In this document: positions 1 to 13,188 of the stretch, piece by piece
How positions within the stretch are numbered: position 1 is the first letter of the stretch
Layout of the letters: each line of letters opens with the position of its first letter
Notes under the pieces: model-generated
The model's input: the letters and a program-made list of their open reading frames with translations, nothing else
The model's database searches: none
Told to the model about the DNA's origin: nothing
From: Conidiobolus incongruus B7586
Lineage: Eukaryota
Reading direction: 5' to 3'
Length of the DNA: 59,346 nucleotides
NCBI GenBank assembly: GCA_000697335.1
Contig: JNEM01011400.1
Span: 1 to 59,346 of the forward strand
Translations under genes and position numbers: made by a program

Positions 1-1264
1 ATAAATAGATTTTTGTAGGAATGGTGGGATGACCTTGGTGGTCACGATATTCAATATACTCTAAACTTTCTGAAACATATGGTTTTTGGCAGTAGGAGCA
101 AGGTCTTGCCCCATTGTTAAGCTCACTATAGACAGATCTTGTAACTTGATCTGAAGCAACAGGGATAGATTCGCCTAAGACAACTCTTGCAGCTAGTTCT
201 TTGAGCGAAGGTATTAAACAAGGAGAATTAACACCAACTGACTTATCAGAGCATGTGGCAGGATTGAAAATTTGGGCATTGTTTTGAGTGGAAGTAAAAT
301 CACCGATGGAGCCCATTTGGTTAGAAACGGAGGTGAGAGGATTATCCACCAATAACATGGTCGTCTTCTTCATAAACTCGGCAACATCTCCAGGAATAAT
401 GCAAAGCCTGTTTCTGCTAACATCCAAAGTTTGCAAACAATGTAAATCGACCAATTCTATAGGCAATTCATGTAAACAATTGGATGAAAGATCGAGTATT
501 CTTAACTGAGACAGCAGGCCAATTGATCTAGGAATTGAGGTCAATCGATTGCTAGAAACATTTAAAACCTGTAATGAACTATTTTGATGTCCTAAATCGG
601 ATGGAAGACTAGTTAGTCTATTGTTTGATAAGTCCAAATAGCGTAACTTTTTCATATAAGAAATACAAAAATTAGGAAACTCAGTTAAGAGATTCCCCCC
701 ATACAATGTTCCAACCGTCAATTCTTCAAGCTTTGATAAATATTTTAAAGTTACAGGAAGAGATGTAATATAGTTTTCACTTATATTCAAATACTTAAGC
801 ATCGGTAAATGTATAGGAAGTAATTTAGGAAAAGAACCTTTAAGACTATTTCTGGAAAGGTTCAAGTACTCTAACCCATTGCATTTTGTGATTACGGAAG
901 GCAGCTGCTCTATTTTATTCGAAGACAAATTCAGTCTGATTAATTTAGAGTATAGCCAATCTGGAAATTCAAATGAGGTAAGTAGATTATGTGATAGATC
1001 TAACTCCACCTTAACACTAAAATTTGATAGAAAGTTGCGATCATATCTTTGAAATTCATTATTTAAAGCCTGCTGGAGTTGGTAATCCTGAAGTCCTCTC
1101 TTTCTTATACTGATCTGAATTACCTCAATTGGATACTTGAGATCGTAATTATCATGACCAAAAGATGATGCAAAATGAGGGGAAGCTGATGTTGAAGATG
1201 TATTGTATCTCGTATCTACAACATTATTCAAACCAAAACTAGACGAGTTGGTAAAGAGAGCCAT
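1..1264 (-). CDS. Leucine-rich-repeat protein with C-terminal BC-box and Cys motif (LRRC58/LRRC28-like), 3' end off window
   Basis: Manual translation from ATG at 1264 gives an open frame to the window edge: MVSFTNSS...ELDLSHNLL...RLNLSSNKI...YLNLSRNSL...YLDLSNNRL...VLNVSSNRL...ILDLSSNCL...TLDVSRNRL...IPSLKELAAR...CSYCQKPY...PTKIYL. It is absent from the ORF track because there is no stop in the window. Confidence 0.85.
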   Translation of the reverse strand, partial: MALFTNSSSFGLNNVVDTRYNTSSTSASPHFASSFGHDNYDLKYPIEVIQISIRKRGLQDYQLQQALNNEFQRYDRNFLSNFSVKVELDLSHNLLTSFEFPDWLYSKLIRLNLSSNKIEQLPSVITKCNGLEYLNLSRNSLKGSFPKLLPIHLPMLKYLNISENYITSLPVTLKYLSKLEELTVGTLYGGNLLTEFPNFCISYMKKLRYLDLSNNRLTSLPSDLGHQNSSLQVLNVSSNRLTSIPRSIGLLSQLRILDLSSNCLHELPIELVDLHCLQTLDVSRNRLCIIPGDVAEFMKKTTMLLVDNPLTSVSNQMGSIGDFTSTQNNAQIFNPATCSDKSVGVNSPCLIPSLKELAARVVLGESIPVASDQVTRSVYSELNNGARPCSYCQKPYVSESLEYIEYRDHQGHPTIPTKIYL

Positions 1265-1346
1265 TTTGGCGATGGCAGTTAATACCACGTTAAAAATATA
1301 TTTATGATGAACAGATAAAAAAGTAGAGTAATTTGATAATAATTAA

Positions 1347-1743
1347 ATCAGATAAACCACCTATTGTCTAATTGAGGTTTTGCAACTAACTAGAAAATTC
1401 ATATTTTTCTGATTAATATTGACTCAAAGATGATTATCCAATCAAAAGTCTTTCAATTCTCGTTTGATTGGGTGTTAAATGTATATATGATTTAACAATC
1501 AGCCAATCACTTTCGAAAGTTACTATATTTTGTTATTTAAAATTTAAAAATTCCCATTTTATCAGATAATAATTTCAGACATTTTATATTATGAAGGACG
1601 AGTTAATATTTAAAACAGATTCAGTTTTTTAATTTATCCGGTTTAGCACGTCTAATGTTTCTGATTTTTAATTCAGTTATAAATAGTTAAACACATTTAC
1701 TAATCAGATGAATTTGCTATAAATGGATAGCTTTCTATCTGAT
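1347..1743. promoter_or_regulatory. Homotypic cluster of six ATCAGA/TCTGAT sites plus CCAAT boxes upstream of the LRR gene
   Basis: ATCAGA at 1347, 1561 and 1703; TCTGAT at 1408, 1660 and 1738; CCAAT/ATTGG near 1438, 1467 and 1503. Confidence 0.4.
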
Positions 1744-4700
1744 TTTAAAATTTCAATACTACTTAATAAAGTAAAGATATTTGAAAAATTCAAGGTTAGT
1801 AATATGAAATAATTAAATTTAATTTAGGTTAGATTATAATTTATGATATTCTGAAAACATGATAAATCAATCATTATAGTTATTAGCCTAAAAGTATTAA
1901 ATTATTCTAATTTGGTTTAAACATTATATTATTTAATAAAAAAATTAATTATATTAATTATATTAAAATCAATCACACTTAAAGCTTAGATAAATTCAAA
2001 TTTTTGAAATAATATTTGAAACAACTATAAGCAAAAATTTAACTTTTTAATGTTAAAAATTAAATAATGAAGGGTTTGTAAGTATATCAAATAATATATT
2101 ATTAGTTTTAATCATCATATTTTTTGATCTTACAACTTGCTAAATAATTTATAGTAAGAACTTCAATTCATTATCTGCCACATATTTAAACTTCAATTCA
2201 ATAAACTGCAAATATTATATTGCTTAATATAATCAAAATATATAAAATCAAAGTTCAATTTTTATTTTAAGATATTACTTTTATTTCCCCAATAAATATA
2301 TACTGTTATTTGGCTCATATTATAGCTTATTCAGATTTTACACAAAGAATTAATGTATAAAAACAAATTAAAATTCAATCTTTAAGTGATCTTATTAGTA
2401 TTCCAGAGCTTGTGAAATATATTCTAATATTATAAAATTATATCAACTGTTGAGTCAATTAGCGTAAAAATAAGTGTTTATTGTTGTTCTGGCACTTTTT
2501 CTAAGCTAATGTAACCTCAAAATAATCTATATTGATTCACTAATTTTAATTCTTGAGACATCACTGATGGACTTTGATATTATACGTTAACTGTATCTAC
2601 CAAATCTGAAATTCAATAAAATTACTGCGTTATTCACAATTGGAGTTTGTATAATTATTAAAGTACTATTGTGTAATAATTTGAAATTATTTCACCCACA
2701 ATTAAGTTTATTTAAGGTTATGTCAGACAGTATGTTAGCAATAGAAAGTCTCATATAATTTAAATCAATATATTTCCAGATATATGGATTGATTTACAGT
2801 AGTTACATTTTGCAAATATTACTTTAAATAATTATGTGTATAAAGACTGTATCAAAGTTTAGGTAGCGAAACATACGCAGGATTTCATTTCTCAAATCTT
2901 AAATTTAAAAGCAAATAGCTCAAAAAGTTTTTATATTAATGTAACGTAGTTGAAAAAAATGAGCTATTTTGGCCAAACAACAATTTCATTCATTCTGAAT
3001 AATTTATATTTTCCACTTTTGGTAAAACTTAATGACACTGGGTTAGTATATGATAAATTCATAAATCTATTGACCTTAGTTTTCATAGTATACTTTATAC
3101 ACTCAGATTAGAATTGACCTTTTGAATTTTTAACATAATATATGACATACTATGAATGGCATCCTACTGCATTATATGCCTTCCAATTGATTTGATTGAA
3201 TTATTAGTTTTGAATCAGAAATATGAATATTTAGTTCAGTTATTAAGCCCTTACAACCATTTAAATCAATTACTATAATTTTAAAAAATATGATGATATT
3301 GATATAAATATATTCAAGCTAACAGATTATATTTATTTATAATGATATATAATTAGAAATTTAATGCTATTATGTGATCAGGACAGATTCATTTAATTAA
3401 TATAATAATTAGATTTAAATTATTAATTCACAACAAATCAATTTCACAATGATTTTAAGTTGTACCCCAATTAGAGTATGCCTCATATGAAAATTTGAAT
3501 TATTAAACCAAACTAATTAACTATGACTGTACATTTCTGGAACCCTTTCCCAAACCTTTGATTCTAATATATTGATTTGAAAAAAGATTCAGATGCCTAA
3601 AGTTTTACAAAACTTGTCTAGTAGTGGTATGATGAAATCATATTATATATATATATATCTTTGAAATGTTCCAGTATATATAACACATCCAATTATAATG
3701 CGAAAAGAATATTAATCAGAATAGCAAAATTTTAAACCTATATCTTTGATTTATTTATTGACAAATTTAAATTCAACATTTTTCTAAAAAAAATTAATTA
3801 GAAGTGTATTTTAAAAGTATAGATCAAAGCAATTATTGGATATGTAATGTGGGTCAACATTCATAATAATTTATAAATTGCATTAATATTAATACTTTAA
3901 TTGATATTTTAATTGAAATTATTAATATTATGATTGTTATATAAATATACAATTGCAAACATAGATTGACTATGAGATCTTAATCACTTGAATATGTAAA
4001 AACATTCAAATTTTTACTAATTAATCGTATTTCAAAATGCTAGATTATGATATTCCAGTAATATAATAGAAACCTTAGTGCTTTGTTAGGACAAAATGCT
4101 CTTTCAATTGACATATACATTAAATATAATTCATTGCAATTTATTTTATAATTATTTCTTGCAAATTTAGTATATTGTAATATTAGGACAATATGTAAAA
4201 TACTAATATTGATATTTTAATTCAATGACCCAAACAATAGCAATATTTTGATATTTGAATTATTGAAATAAGTCTAGAATATAATTATATTATATCGTGC
4301 TATCACTCTGTATTTTATATATATTACTTGAAAGATCAATATCATATTGAATAATTTTCAAAATATTGGCCCAATTTCTCTTTTATAAAATTGAAATAAA
4401 GGATTTTCAAAAATGAATTGAATATTGATTGTTGTTCAGCAAAATTATTTTAGAATCAATTCTTACAAATATGAAATCATTCATTATACAATATATTGTA
4501 CTATTAATTCATTGAATAGGAAAAGATAATTAGAATTTGACCAATAAATGCTTAGGAACCATAATATCATTTGACCATGGATTTATAAAGCTAATGGATT
4601 ATAATTATATGTGGATAAATCACATTTTGAAAAAAAACAATATCCTCAATTAAGAAAAATTAAATATTAATTAAAAAAAATAAGCTATAACATATTTTCC

Positions 4701-5140
4701 TTAGAATAAGGGTATCACATAAGCATTTTGATGAATATATATTAAATGTTAGAGCTCAGATTAAATATCAGTCTTTTTATATATTACTATACAATAAGGG
4801 TAACTGACTAGACACTAAGGTCATTTGATTTATCCTGTTTAATATATATATTCAAGATGATGACGATTAAATTATAAGCAAAGTAATAAAAGTTTTACTG
4901 ATATATTTTTGTACAATCAATTCATAAGAATTACCGAGTAACCCTTGGCATAGGGCTTAATTTAAAATATTGCTTAGCATAGTATTATAAGGTATGGTAT
5001 AATTCGAAAATATGTTCTTTTACTAATAATGTACAGATTAGATTATCTGACCACCTTTATATTAATTATATCAATCATATTACCCCTTAATTCAAATTAT
5101 TTGGGATAAAAATATGTGAAAAGTATATGATTATCAAATC

Positions 5141-5155
5141 ATTGGACGATATTGG
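5141..5155. promoter_or_regulatory. Tandem inverted CCAAT boxes upstream of KGD2
   Basis: ATTGGACG direct repeat at 5141 and 5151, about 200 bp upstream of the ATG. TCA-cycle genes are known HAP/CBC targets in fungi. Confidence 0.35.
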
Positions 5156-5355
5156 ACGTCATTCTTTTCTATTCAATCATAATTAACAAGTTTTCAAGTA
5201 TTAGGAAATGATTAATCCACTAGTACAGCTTCGAAATTTAAAAAATTCATCAAAAAATCAAGACCAACATTTGGGTTTTAAAGACCAAATAGTGCTTTTA
5301 TTTGGATTAATTTCTTTTTGCCAAAAAGAACAAAAATTTCATATTATTTTAAAAA

Positions 5356-7214
5356 ATGTTACGCTATTCCAAAGTCCCCAACTGGACATCAATTTTAAAA
5401 TCTTCCAAGGTGTCTACCCGCACCATTTCTAACCTCAGCAGAAGTTTATTAACCACTCAAAGACAAGCTACACATTTGAGGTAATCTCTTTTAGTTTCAG
5501 ATCACTTGATCAATTCCAACTATATAATCATTTTTAACTATATAAAAATTATTTCTAAATAATGAAGCCAAATATTAACACTTACTTCATTTTCTAGATC
5601 TCTCACCATCTCTCCCAAAACATGGTCTTCTCCTATCACCCGTGGCTATGGTAAATCAGGACGATTCGTATTTTTATATAACATTAATATGTTTTTATTT
5701 TCTTAAATAGCTGAAAAAGTTGTCGTTGTTCCCCAAATTGCTGATTCCATTAATGAAGGAACCCTAAAACAATGGACCAAGAGTAAATTAAAATTCATAT
5801 ATTGCAATTTATATTCTGAAATACTAAATTTTTTTAGACGTTGGTGACTTTGTCAAACAGGATGAAGAAGTTGCTACCATCGAAACTGATAAAGTTGATA
5901 TTCCCGTCAACTCTCCTGCTTCTGGTTATATTATTGAACAATTTGCCAACGAAGAGGATACTATTGCTGTTGGTCAAAATCTTTTTAAATTAGATTTACA
6001 AGATGCTCCTAAAGAAGGTGATCAAGGTAATTAGCTCTTTCTTGTTGCTATAAAATCAATATAAATACCTCAATTTGTAAATAATATATACTCAAACTAT
6101 TACATAGCTTCTGCTCCCAAGGCTGAAGAACCTGCTAAACAAGAAACTCCTAAAGAAGCTCCTAAAGAAGCCCCCAAAGAAGAGAGCAAACCTGCCTCTG
6201 CTCCTGCTCCTAAGGAATCTAAGTCTGCTGAACAATCCAAGAAGGAAACTGCTCAACCTCAAAGTATAAATTGATAATTTATATCTAATTTTATAAACTA
6301 ATCTTTGCAATAGCTCACAAGCCCAATGCCTCAGTTACTGGTACTGAGCCTCCTAAGAAGGTTGAAACTAACCCTCAAGAAATCCTCTATGGACGTACTG
6401 AAACCAGAGTAAGCTAATAGTACTCAGGTATTTCTAATTAATTATTAATCCATTTGAAATAGGTAAAAATGAACCGCATGCGTAGCAGAATTGCTGAACG
6501 TCTTAAAGAAGCCCAAAACACTGCTGCCTCTTTGACTACTTTCAACGAAGTTGATATGAGGTACCTTTCCATTAACCCATACCAATTCAATTAATTTAAT
6601 AATAATCATTGTTTAGTGCCTTGATGGAACTTCGTAAAACTTATAAGGATAAGGTCCTTGAAAAGCATGGAGTCAAGTTAGGATTTATGTCTGCCTTTGT
6701 TAAGGCCTCTGCTATTGCCCTTCAAGAAATCCCCGCTATCAACGCTTCAGTAGAAGGACCCAATGGAGGTGACACTATTGTTTATAGAGACTACGTCGAC
6801 ATTAGTGTCGCTGTTGCCACTCCCAAGGGTTTAGTTACTCCCGTCCTTCGTAACGCTCATCAAATGTCTTTCGTTGATGTTGAAAGAAATATTGCTGCTC
6901 TCTCTAAAAAGGCTAGAGATAACAAGATTACTATCGAAGATCTTACTGGTGGTACCTTCACTATTTCTAATGGTGGTGTTTTCGGGTCATTAATGGGTAC
7001 TCCCATTATTAACTTGCCCCAATGCGCCATTTTGGGTATGCACGCTATCAAGGAACGCCCAGTTGTTGTCAATGGTAATATTGAAGTTCGTCCTATGATG
7101 TACTTGGCTTTAACCTACGATCACCGTATAATTGATGGGCGTGAAGCTGTTACTTTCTTGGTCCGTGTTAAGGAAATCTTAGAAGATCCTCGTCGCTTGT
7201 TATTAGATGTTTAA
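5356..7214 (+). CDS. KGD2: 2-oxoglutarate dehydrogenase E2 (dihydrolipoyl succinyltransferase), multi-exon
   Basis: Presequence-like exon 1 ([10 protein letters not shown]...), lipoyl domain ([16 protein letters not shown]...[17 protein letters not shown]), Ala/Pro/Glu/Lys linker, and catalytic domain ending in [14 protein letters not shown]; about 7 GT-AG introns. Confidence 0.96.
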
Positions 7215-7554
7215 AAATATTCATTTTGAGCATGTTTTGTTCAATATCAAAGTTTATCTAAATCAATTAATATCAATTTAATTCATTGACAATATTATCA
7301 GCCACTATTTATTTCCATTCAGTATATATCAAACTCGTATATTGCATTTACTATCTCAATACTTCTTAACAATATTTTATTAAATTCACATAATATCCGA
7401 ATCAATTAGTCATTTTTCTGCAAGGAAAAAACTGAAAAGATATCTTGAAATTTATAATGTACGAATAATATCAGTAATATCTTTAGTATAGCCTTATATA
7501 ATGAATAACGCCGATGTCATTGCAAATAGTTAATTGTCAGTAATATATAATAAT

Positions 7555-7845
7555 TTAGTAATTTTTCATTTTTTTACTTCAATAGATTTCATCCTTTGGT
7601 CAATGCTCGACTGCTTGTTAACTCTGGTACCAACAGATATTGTATGAACCATGGGAACCCCCTTATCTAAAACATTATGGCATTGCTTAATCACTTGAGT
7701 TACCGCTTCTCAAGTTCCTTTAATATTTATATCGCTGGAGTGCAAAGGATATGTGAGTCCTGAACTCTTCAATACACTCTAACAATCTGCAATGTACTCA
7801 CTTATAGAAGCGCCTTGTGTTCAAATTAGAATAACTGTAAAATCT
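7555..7845 (-). pseudogene. ECM15: Ecm15/UPF0045 (YkoF-like thiamine-binding) pseudogene
   Basis: Minus-strand translation DFTVILI*TQGASISEYIADC*SVLKSSGLTYPLHSSDINIKGT*EAVTQVIKQCHNVLDKGVPMVHTISVGTRVNKQSSIDQRMKSIE follows the UPF0045 pattern and has three in-frame stops. Confidence 0.8.
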
Positions 7846-8071
7846 AAAAACAATCACATTCATGATAAAATAATATTTTTTAATGTTGAATTATAAGTTT
7901 ATTTTAACATAACTTAATCCTATGTGTACTCCATAGGGTTTAGTAGCGAATTTGCGTCGTTTAGTAAATAAGCGTATATCATATGTGTTGTTTTGCTAGA
8001 ATTTTAAAAAAAAATTAAACCAGTACGTTATATTTAGTTATCTCTCTGTTTTTCCAGCGTTTTGTTGAGTA

Positions 8072-8530
8072 CTATTGATTACGTGCCTGAGATGCGGGAA
8101 TGCCTGTACCATTATGGCCCTCAGCCCATTTGGAGTCATGGGAAAAATGGTTTTCGGACTTTTCACTGCTTTGGTTGTCATCTTCTTGATATGCTTCCCA
8201 TAACACTTCTCCTGGTCTATTGGCTCCTTGTGAGACTGAGCCAACTCTTCGTTGAGAAAAGAACGAGTGCCAAATCAACGAAGCCAATCGAAGGTGACTA
8301 GTAATCAAAAACCCAGCAAGATTGACTAATAAACAAACATCGACCCACAAACGTACTAAAGCAGATTTAAAGGGAGCAGCACCAGGATTTTTTGCACATT
8401 GATCTTCTGCGGCAGTGGCTACGTTGTAAGCTTTGGCAACCGACGCTAACAGCCGATCACGCCAGGGTACTACAGTTGGACGTCCATTCAACATGTAAGT
8501 CTGATTCAATTCGCTAATTTTTTGTGGCAT
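8072..8530 (-). other. GC-elevated orphan ORF (152 aa), possibly a degenerate mobile-element or viral relic
   Basis: The segment is clearly more GC-rich than its flanks and has long overlapping ORFs in several frames. No family was recognised with confidence. Confidence 0.3.
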
Positions 8531-11500
8531 AACGATTACAGTTACAAATTACAGTTACAATTACAATTAAATTTTGAATTGTGTAGGTGTAATTAATTAA
8601 AATATTATTTGATAGACATATCTTGTGAAGCGATTTTATAGGATTTACTATTACTGTAAATTGATTAAATAATGACTTAATTTTGTTATTACAATTATAA
8701 AATATAACAATGATGATGAAAAATTTTAATCATCGTTATATCATTGTTTAATCAAATTGAGCTCATTATTATATAATTTTATATAAATTCAATTCTGTCA
8801 AACATCATGAAAGTACGAATTTTTTTCAAACTGAAACAAATTAACATTATCTCACTAAACTAAACAGCTTTATCCAATTAAAACAATTGAATATATACTA
8901 GATTGATATTTCGCAATTGGATTTAATTACAGTTTAAACCTTGTGTTGGTTTTTTGTCAAAGCGTACCTAGTATGTTCATTTTGTGATGCAATGTAATAT
9001 GCATCAAAAAATAGGTCAATATCATATTAAATTTTAAGCTTTAATTGATTCAATAATTTTTAATTATATTTCTATTTTCAAGAATTCAATTGAATATTTT
9101 ACAATTAATTTTATTTAATATTCTAAAGTCACGTTTATAAGGTTCAATTAACTTTAATATTTTATATTGATAAATTTGTATTACAACTTGATATAATTCA
9201 ATTACTTATATTGACTTTATTTCATAATTATTTATACATATTTAGGATATATCAAAAATTTATTAATCGGATTTTATAGTTGATGGATATTAATTCAAAT
9301 CATTTTAAATTATACAAAACTATATCAATGTCATAAAAATTGAAAATTCAGATGTTTTGAAATTAATTTATATATGATTATATATAAATTTATTATATTA
9401 ATAAATTAAATACTAAAAATGAGTGAAGAGGTAAATCAAAATTGATAGATTTTCACTATTTAAAGGAAATTGATATATGATGATTATTGAATATGTTTCG
9501 TAATATAATCAAATTAGTGCAACAAGTATATCTAAAATCAATTATGCAATAATTTAATAAATCTTATTAATTTTGATTCAAGACCTATTATATATAAATG
9601 ATGTAATAGCTAAATTAAAATCCTTGTATATAAAAATAACTTTGTTATAAAGCAATGAAATATTAAAAAAGTAAGTGATTTCAACAAGTTGGATATATTG
9701 CTTATTTATGGAATTAATGGATCTTAAATAATATCACAATAGACTCAACTATTTTTGACTTTAGGCATTTTAAACTAAATAACAATAATAATAATAACAA
9801 TACTTGAGCTATTAGAACCTTTTAATCATAAATTGGTATAATGTGTAAACTGGTACTTAATTTTTGTAAAATATGATCAAATATTATTTCATTTTTATTG
9901 GTAATAATTTGTGATTTTATTTGGACATTGCATTATAGATTATGTAATTTCATTATATATATTTTTATAACAAAAGATTATTTAAGTTAGTTTGTTCTGA
10001 TTTAAGATGTCGTCATTGTTTGTTTACTTTGATTTAATTGTAACCAATATAATATTTAAGTACATTGCAGCAATTTGGAAGTTAACTTTCTAGTTATTTA
10101 ATAATGTATCACGTAAATTAAATAACTTCAAAAACAAGTATTGATAAAATATGTTATTTCTTTTGAATGACAAATTAAAGTATCACCGTTTCATAAAATT
10201 TGTAGATTTGGGATCGAAAAACTTGAAATTTCTAATTTTATAGAATGTTTTCATTTTTAAGTAGATTAATTGATTTATATATATATCATATTTTATTTCT
10301 GATACTATTATAATAATATTAATATTAATGAGAGATACAAGAAACTTTGTATTTTGGGTCGATATTTTGCAATGTATTAACAAAAATTATAATTCCAAGC
10401 ATTTTGAAACAGAGGTAGCATTCTATTTCAGTTAATAAATCAGCTCACACATTAAAAATCAATTTGAAAAAAGAAAGCTAGGAAGATTCATTATACATAA
10501 TTATAATTATAATTTTCAACGTCTTGAAAAACATAGTTTATATATATCCAAATATGTCAAAGATATGATTGTTAAGGTATTAATGGTTATCAAACAAATT
10601 ATGAGAATATGATATAATTTGTAATTGAAAACGCATAGATAATTGCTGTAGAATTTTGATATATAAACAGTAAAAATTTTTTAGGAAATATGGTATGAGC
10701 ATTTCTAGAGTATCTTTACAAATAAATCTATCACAATCTAATTTTGAAAGAACCAACAAAATTAATATAAAAAAATAAAGTCAAAATTCTCAATTTTAAT
10801 CAAATTAGTTTGCAATTGGATGTGAATAGCATGAAAGTAATAGATTGAAATTCATTGAATTTGGATTTGTATAGGATCGAAGTAATTGTATTATACATAA
10901 TATATTATTATATTATTATATGATTAATCCTTCCAAATTTCTAACATTGAAATTTTGTATAGTATTGCGATTTAGGGATGACAATTTCTGATAGGTATAC
11001 ATTGATACTTACAATTTTATATCTAAATTTTGTAGTTTATTCAGTATATTTATAATATTATATTTTCAAGAATTACCATTAATTACTCAAAAATATTAAT
11101 ATTAAAAACACAGCTATTATTAACTATTGAGAAACAAAAATTTGAAAATTATGATGAATGGTTTGCTGAAACAGATGTTTATCATATATTAATTTTCATC
11201 TCAAGTCACACTTTGATCTAATCAATTTCATCCAATCACCTCTTGCCAGGTACAAATCAAATTTGATAATTTAATTTGGAATTCTTAGGTGGTTGAAAAA
11301 CAGACTATTTTGTAAATCAAACAGCCATAAAATATTTTCATTAATGATTATATTTTAATATATGAAATAGTGTAAAGGTCATAAAATATCAAAATTATGT
11401 TATAAAAGTTATTTGGTAATCAACTATAATTGAGAATAATAAAGGTGGTATATCCTAGATGCCAAAGAAAATACACAAAATTAAAAAAATATTGATCCGA

Positions 11501-11718
11501 TTGAAAAGTTGAATAAGAAATTTTTATAATATTAATACTAAAATCACTGAAAGAAATACATTGTAAATGATAATATACTAGATAACTATATAATAAAATA
11601 ATTTATTAGAGCTGTAGGTTTTATTCAGTGGGATGAGGATTTGACGAAATAACGAGAAAATACATGATACGTACCATACTTATACAAACATAGATAATAT
11701 TAGATTAATTGAGCACTC

Positions 11719-11928
11719 TTAAGCACCACCAACGATGATATTATTAATAGGAATGTGAACGAGTTTGACAAAGTAACCAATACAGCCCATAACAATCAAT
11801 CCAATAGCCACGGCCCTGGAGATTTGGACGAATTCTTCTTGGTTTGGTTTAGTACATCTCTGTAAAAGTTGAAGAGACTCCCTGACGAACTGTTGGGGGG
11901 CTCCGACTAATTCATTGATAGAGTCCAT
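11719..11928 (-). CDS. SSS1: Sec61 translocon gamma subunit
   Basis: RCTKPNQEEF...GYFVKLVHIPINNIIVG is the SecE/Sec61-gamma signature. Confidence 0.96.
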   Translation of the reverse strand: MDSINELVGAPQQFVRESLQLLQRCTKPNQEEFVQISRAVAIGLIVMGCIGYFVKLVHIPINNIIVGGA

Positions 11929-12338
11929 TATATTTAATTGGAATTAAAACGGTATTATTCTAGCATTCATTGAATTAATTTTTTAAACTTCTATCTATTT
12001 TATATTTTATGGGATTTATATATACTAAATGTTGGGTGACTTGAATTTTTAAATTAAAAGTTATAGAAATAACCAACAATATATTTTCACAAGTTACTAT
12101 TAAAAATTCAATATGTGAATGAAATTTTCAATTAATGTTAATATTAATCAATATCAAAATATGCTTTATATCGTTCTATAAATTCAATACAGTTAAAACA
12201 CCCTCTTATTTTATCGAGATAATATAAACTAATTCATATAATGTTAATCCCATAATCAAAATTTTAATTCCACGAAGATGATATTTATTCCTGAACAGTA
12301 TTGGTAATACAGTAAAATATTAAAAATAATTTTTCTAC

Positions 12339-13188
12339 ATGTCAGCTGCCAGTAAATCAATTAACCCTGCTTTGAAAAGGTTAATGACCGAATATAAGGG
12401 TATATTGATACTGTTTCATTGTCAAATATTATATTTATTTTTTATTTTTTTATAGAATTAACCTTGAATGCTCCAGAAGGTATTACAGCAGGTAAATAAC
12501 TATAGTATATTATATTCAATTTAATATATATATTTACAAACTTAATAGGCCCTATATCAGAAGACAATTTTTTTGAATGGGAAGCTTTAATTTCGTAAAT
12601 ATTTAAAAAAAAATATATTCAATTTATAATATTAAACATTTTTAATTAGTGGACCTGAAGATACCCCTTTCGAAGGTGGTGTATTCTCGGCGATTTTAAC
12701 TTTTCCTAAAGATTATCCCATGAGTCCTCCAGAGATGAAATTCACTTGTGAAATGTTCCATCCTAATAGTAAGTCAAGCTGATTTAAATTTAATCATAAA
12801 CTAATTTTTATACCTTTAGTCTATCCTAACGGTGTGGTTTGTATTTCTATCCTTCATCCTCCTGGTGATGATCCCAATATGTATGAAAGTAGCTCTGAAA
12901 GATGGAGTCCAGTCCAATCTATTGAAAAAATTTTGCTATCAGTTGTAAGCATGTTAGCCGGTAAATAATTTAAAAATATACAGTATCATTGAATATGCTA
13001 AAGGGTTAATAACTTAGAACCAAATGATGAATCAGGTGCCAATATTGATGCTTGTGTAAGTGAAATATATTGATAATCCATTGATTTTCCTATATTTACA
13101 TGTATTATAGAAGGTTTGGAGAGAAGACAGAGAGAAATATAATGAAATTGTACGTAGAAATACTTTGAAAACTTTAGGATTGGAATAA
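12339..13188 (+). CDS. UBC7: Ubiquitin-conjugating enzyme E2 G2/Ubc7 (7 exons)
   Basis: Spliced translation [48 protein letters not shown]...[46 protein letters not shown] includes the Ubc7-type acidic insertion. Missed by the ORF track because the exons are short. Confidence 0.95.

Noticed and set aside
8536..8569. Resemblance of ACAATTAC repeats to the tobamovirus omega leader
   Set aside because: Low-complexity match on the strand opposite to the adjacent ORF; not evidence of viral origin by itself.
8640..11700. Ile/Asn/Lys-rich short ORFs in AT-rich spacers (also 14872, 20639, 23412 and 24820)
   Set aside because: Composition mirrors AT-rich non-coding DNA, with no motifs or consistent splice structure.
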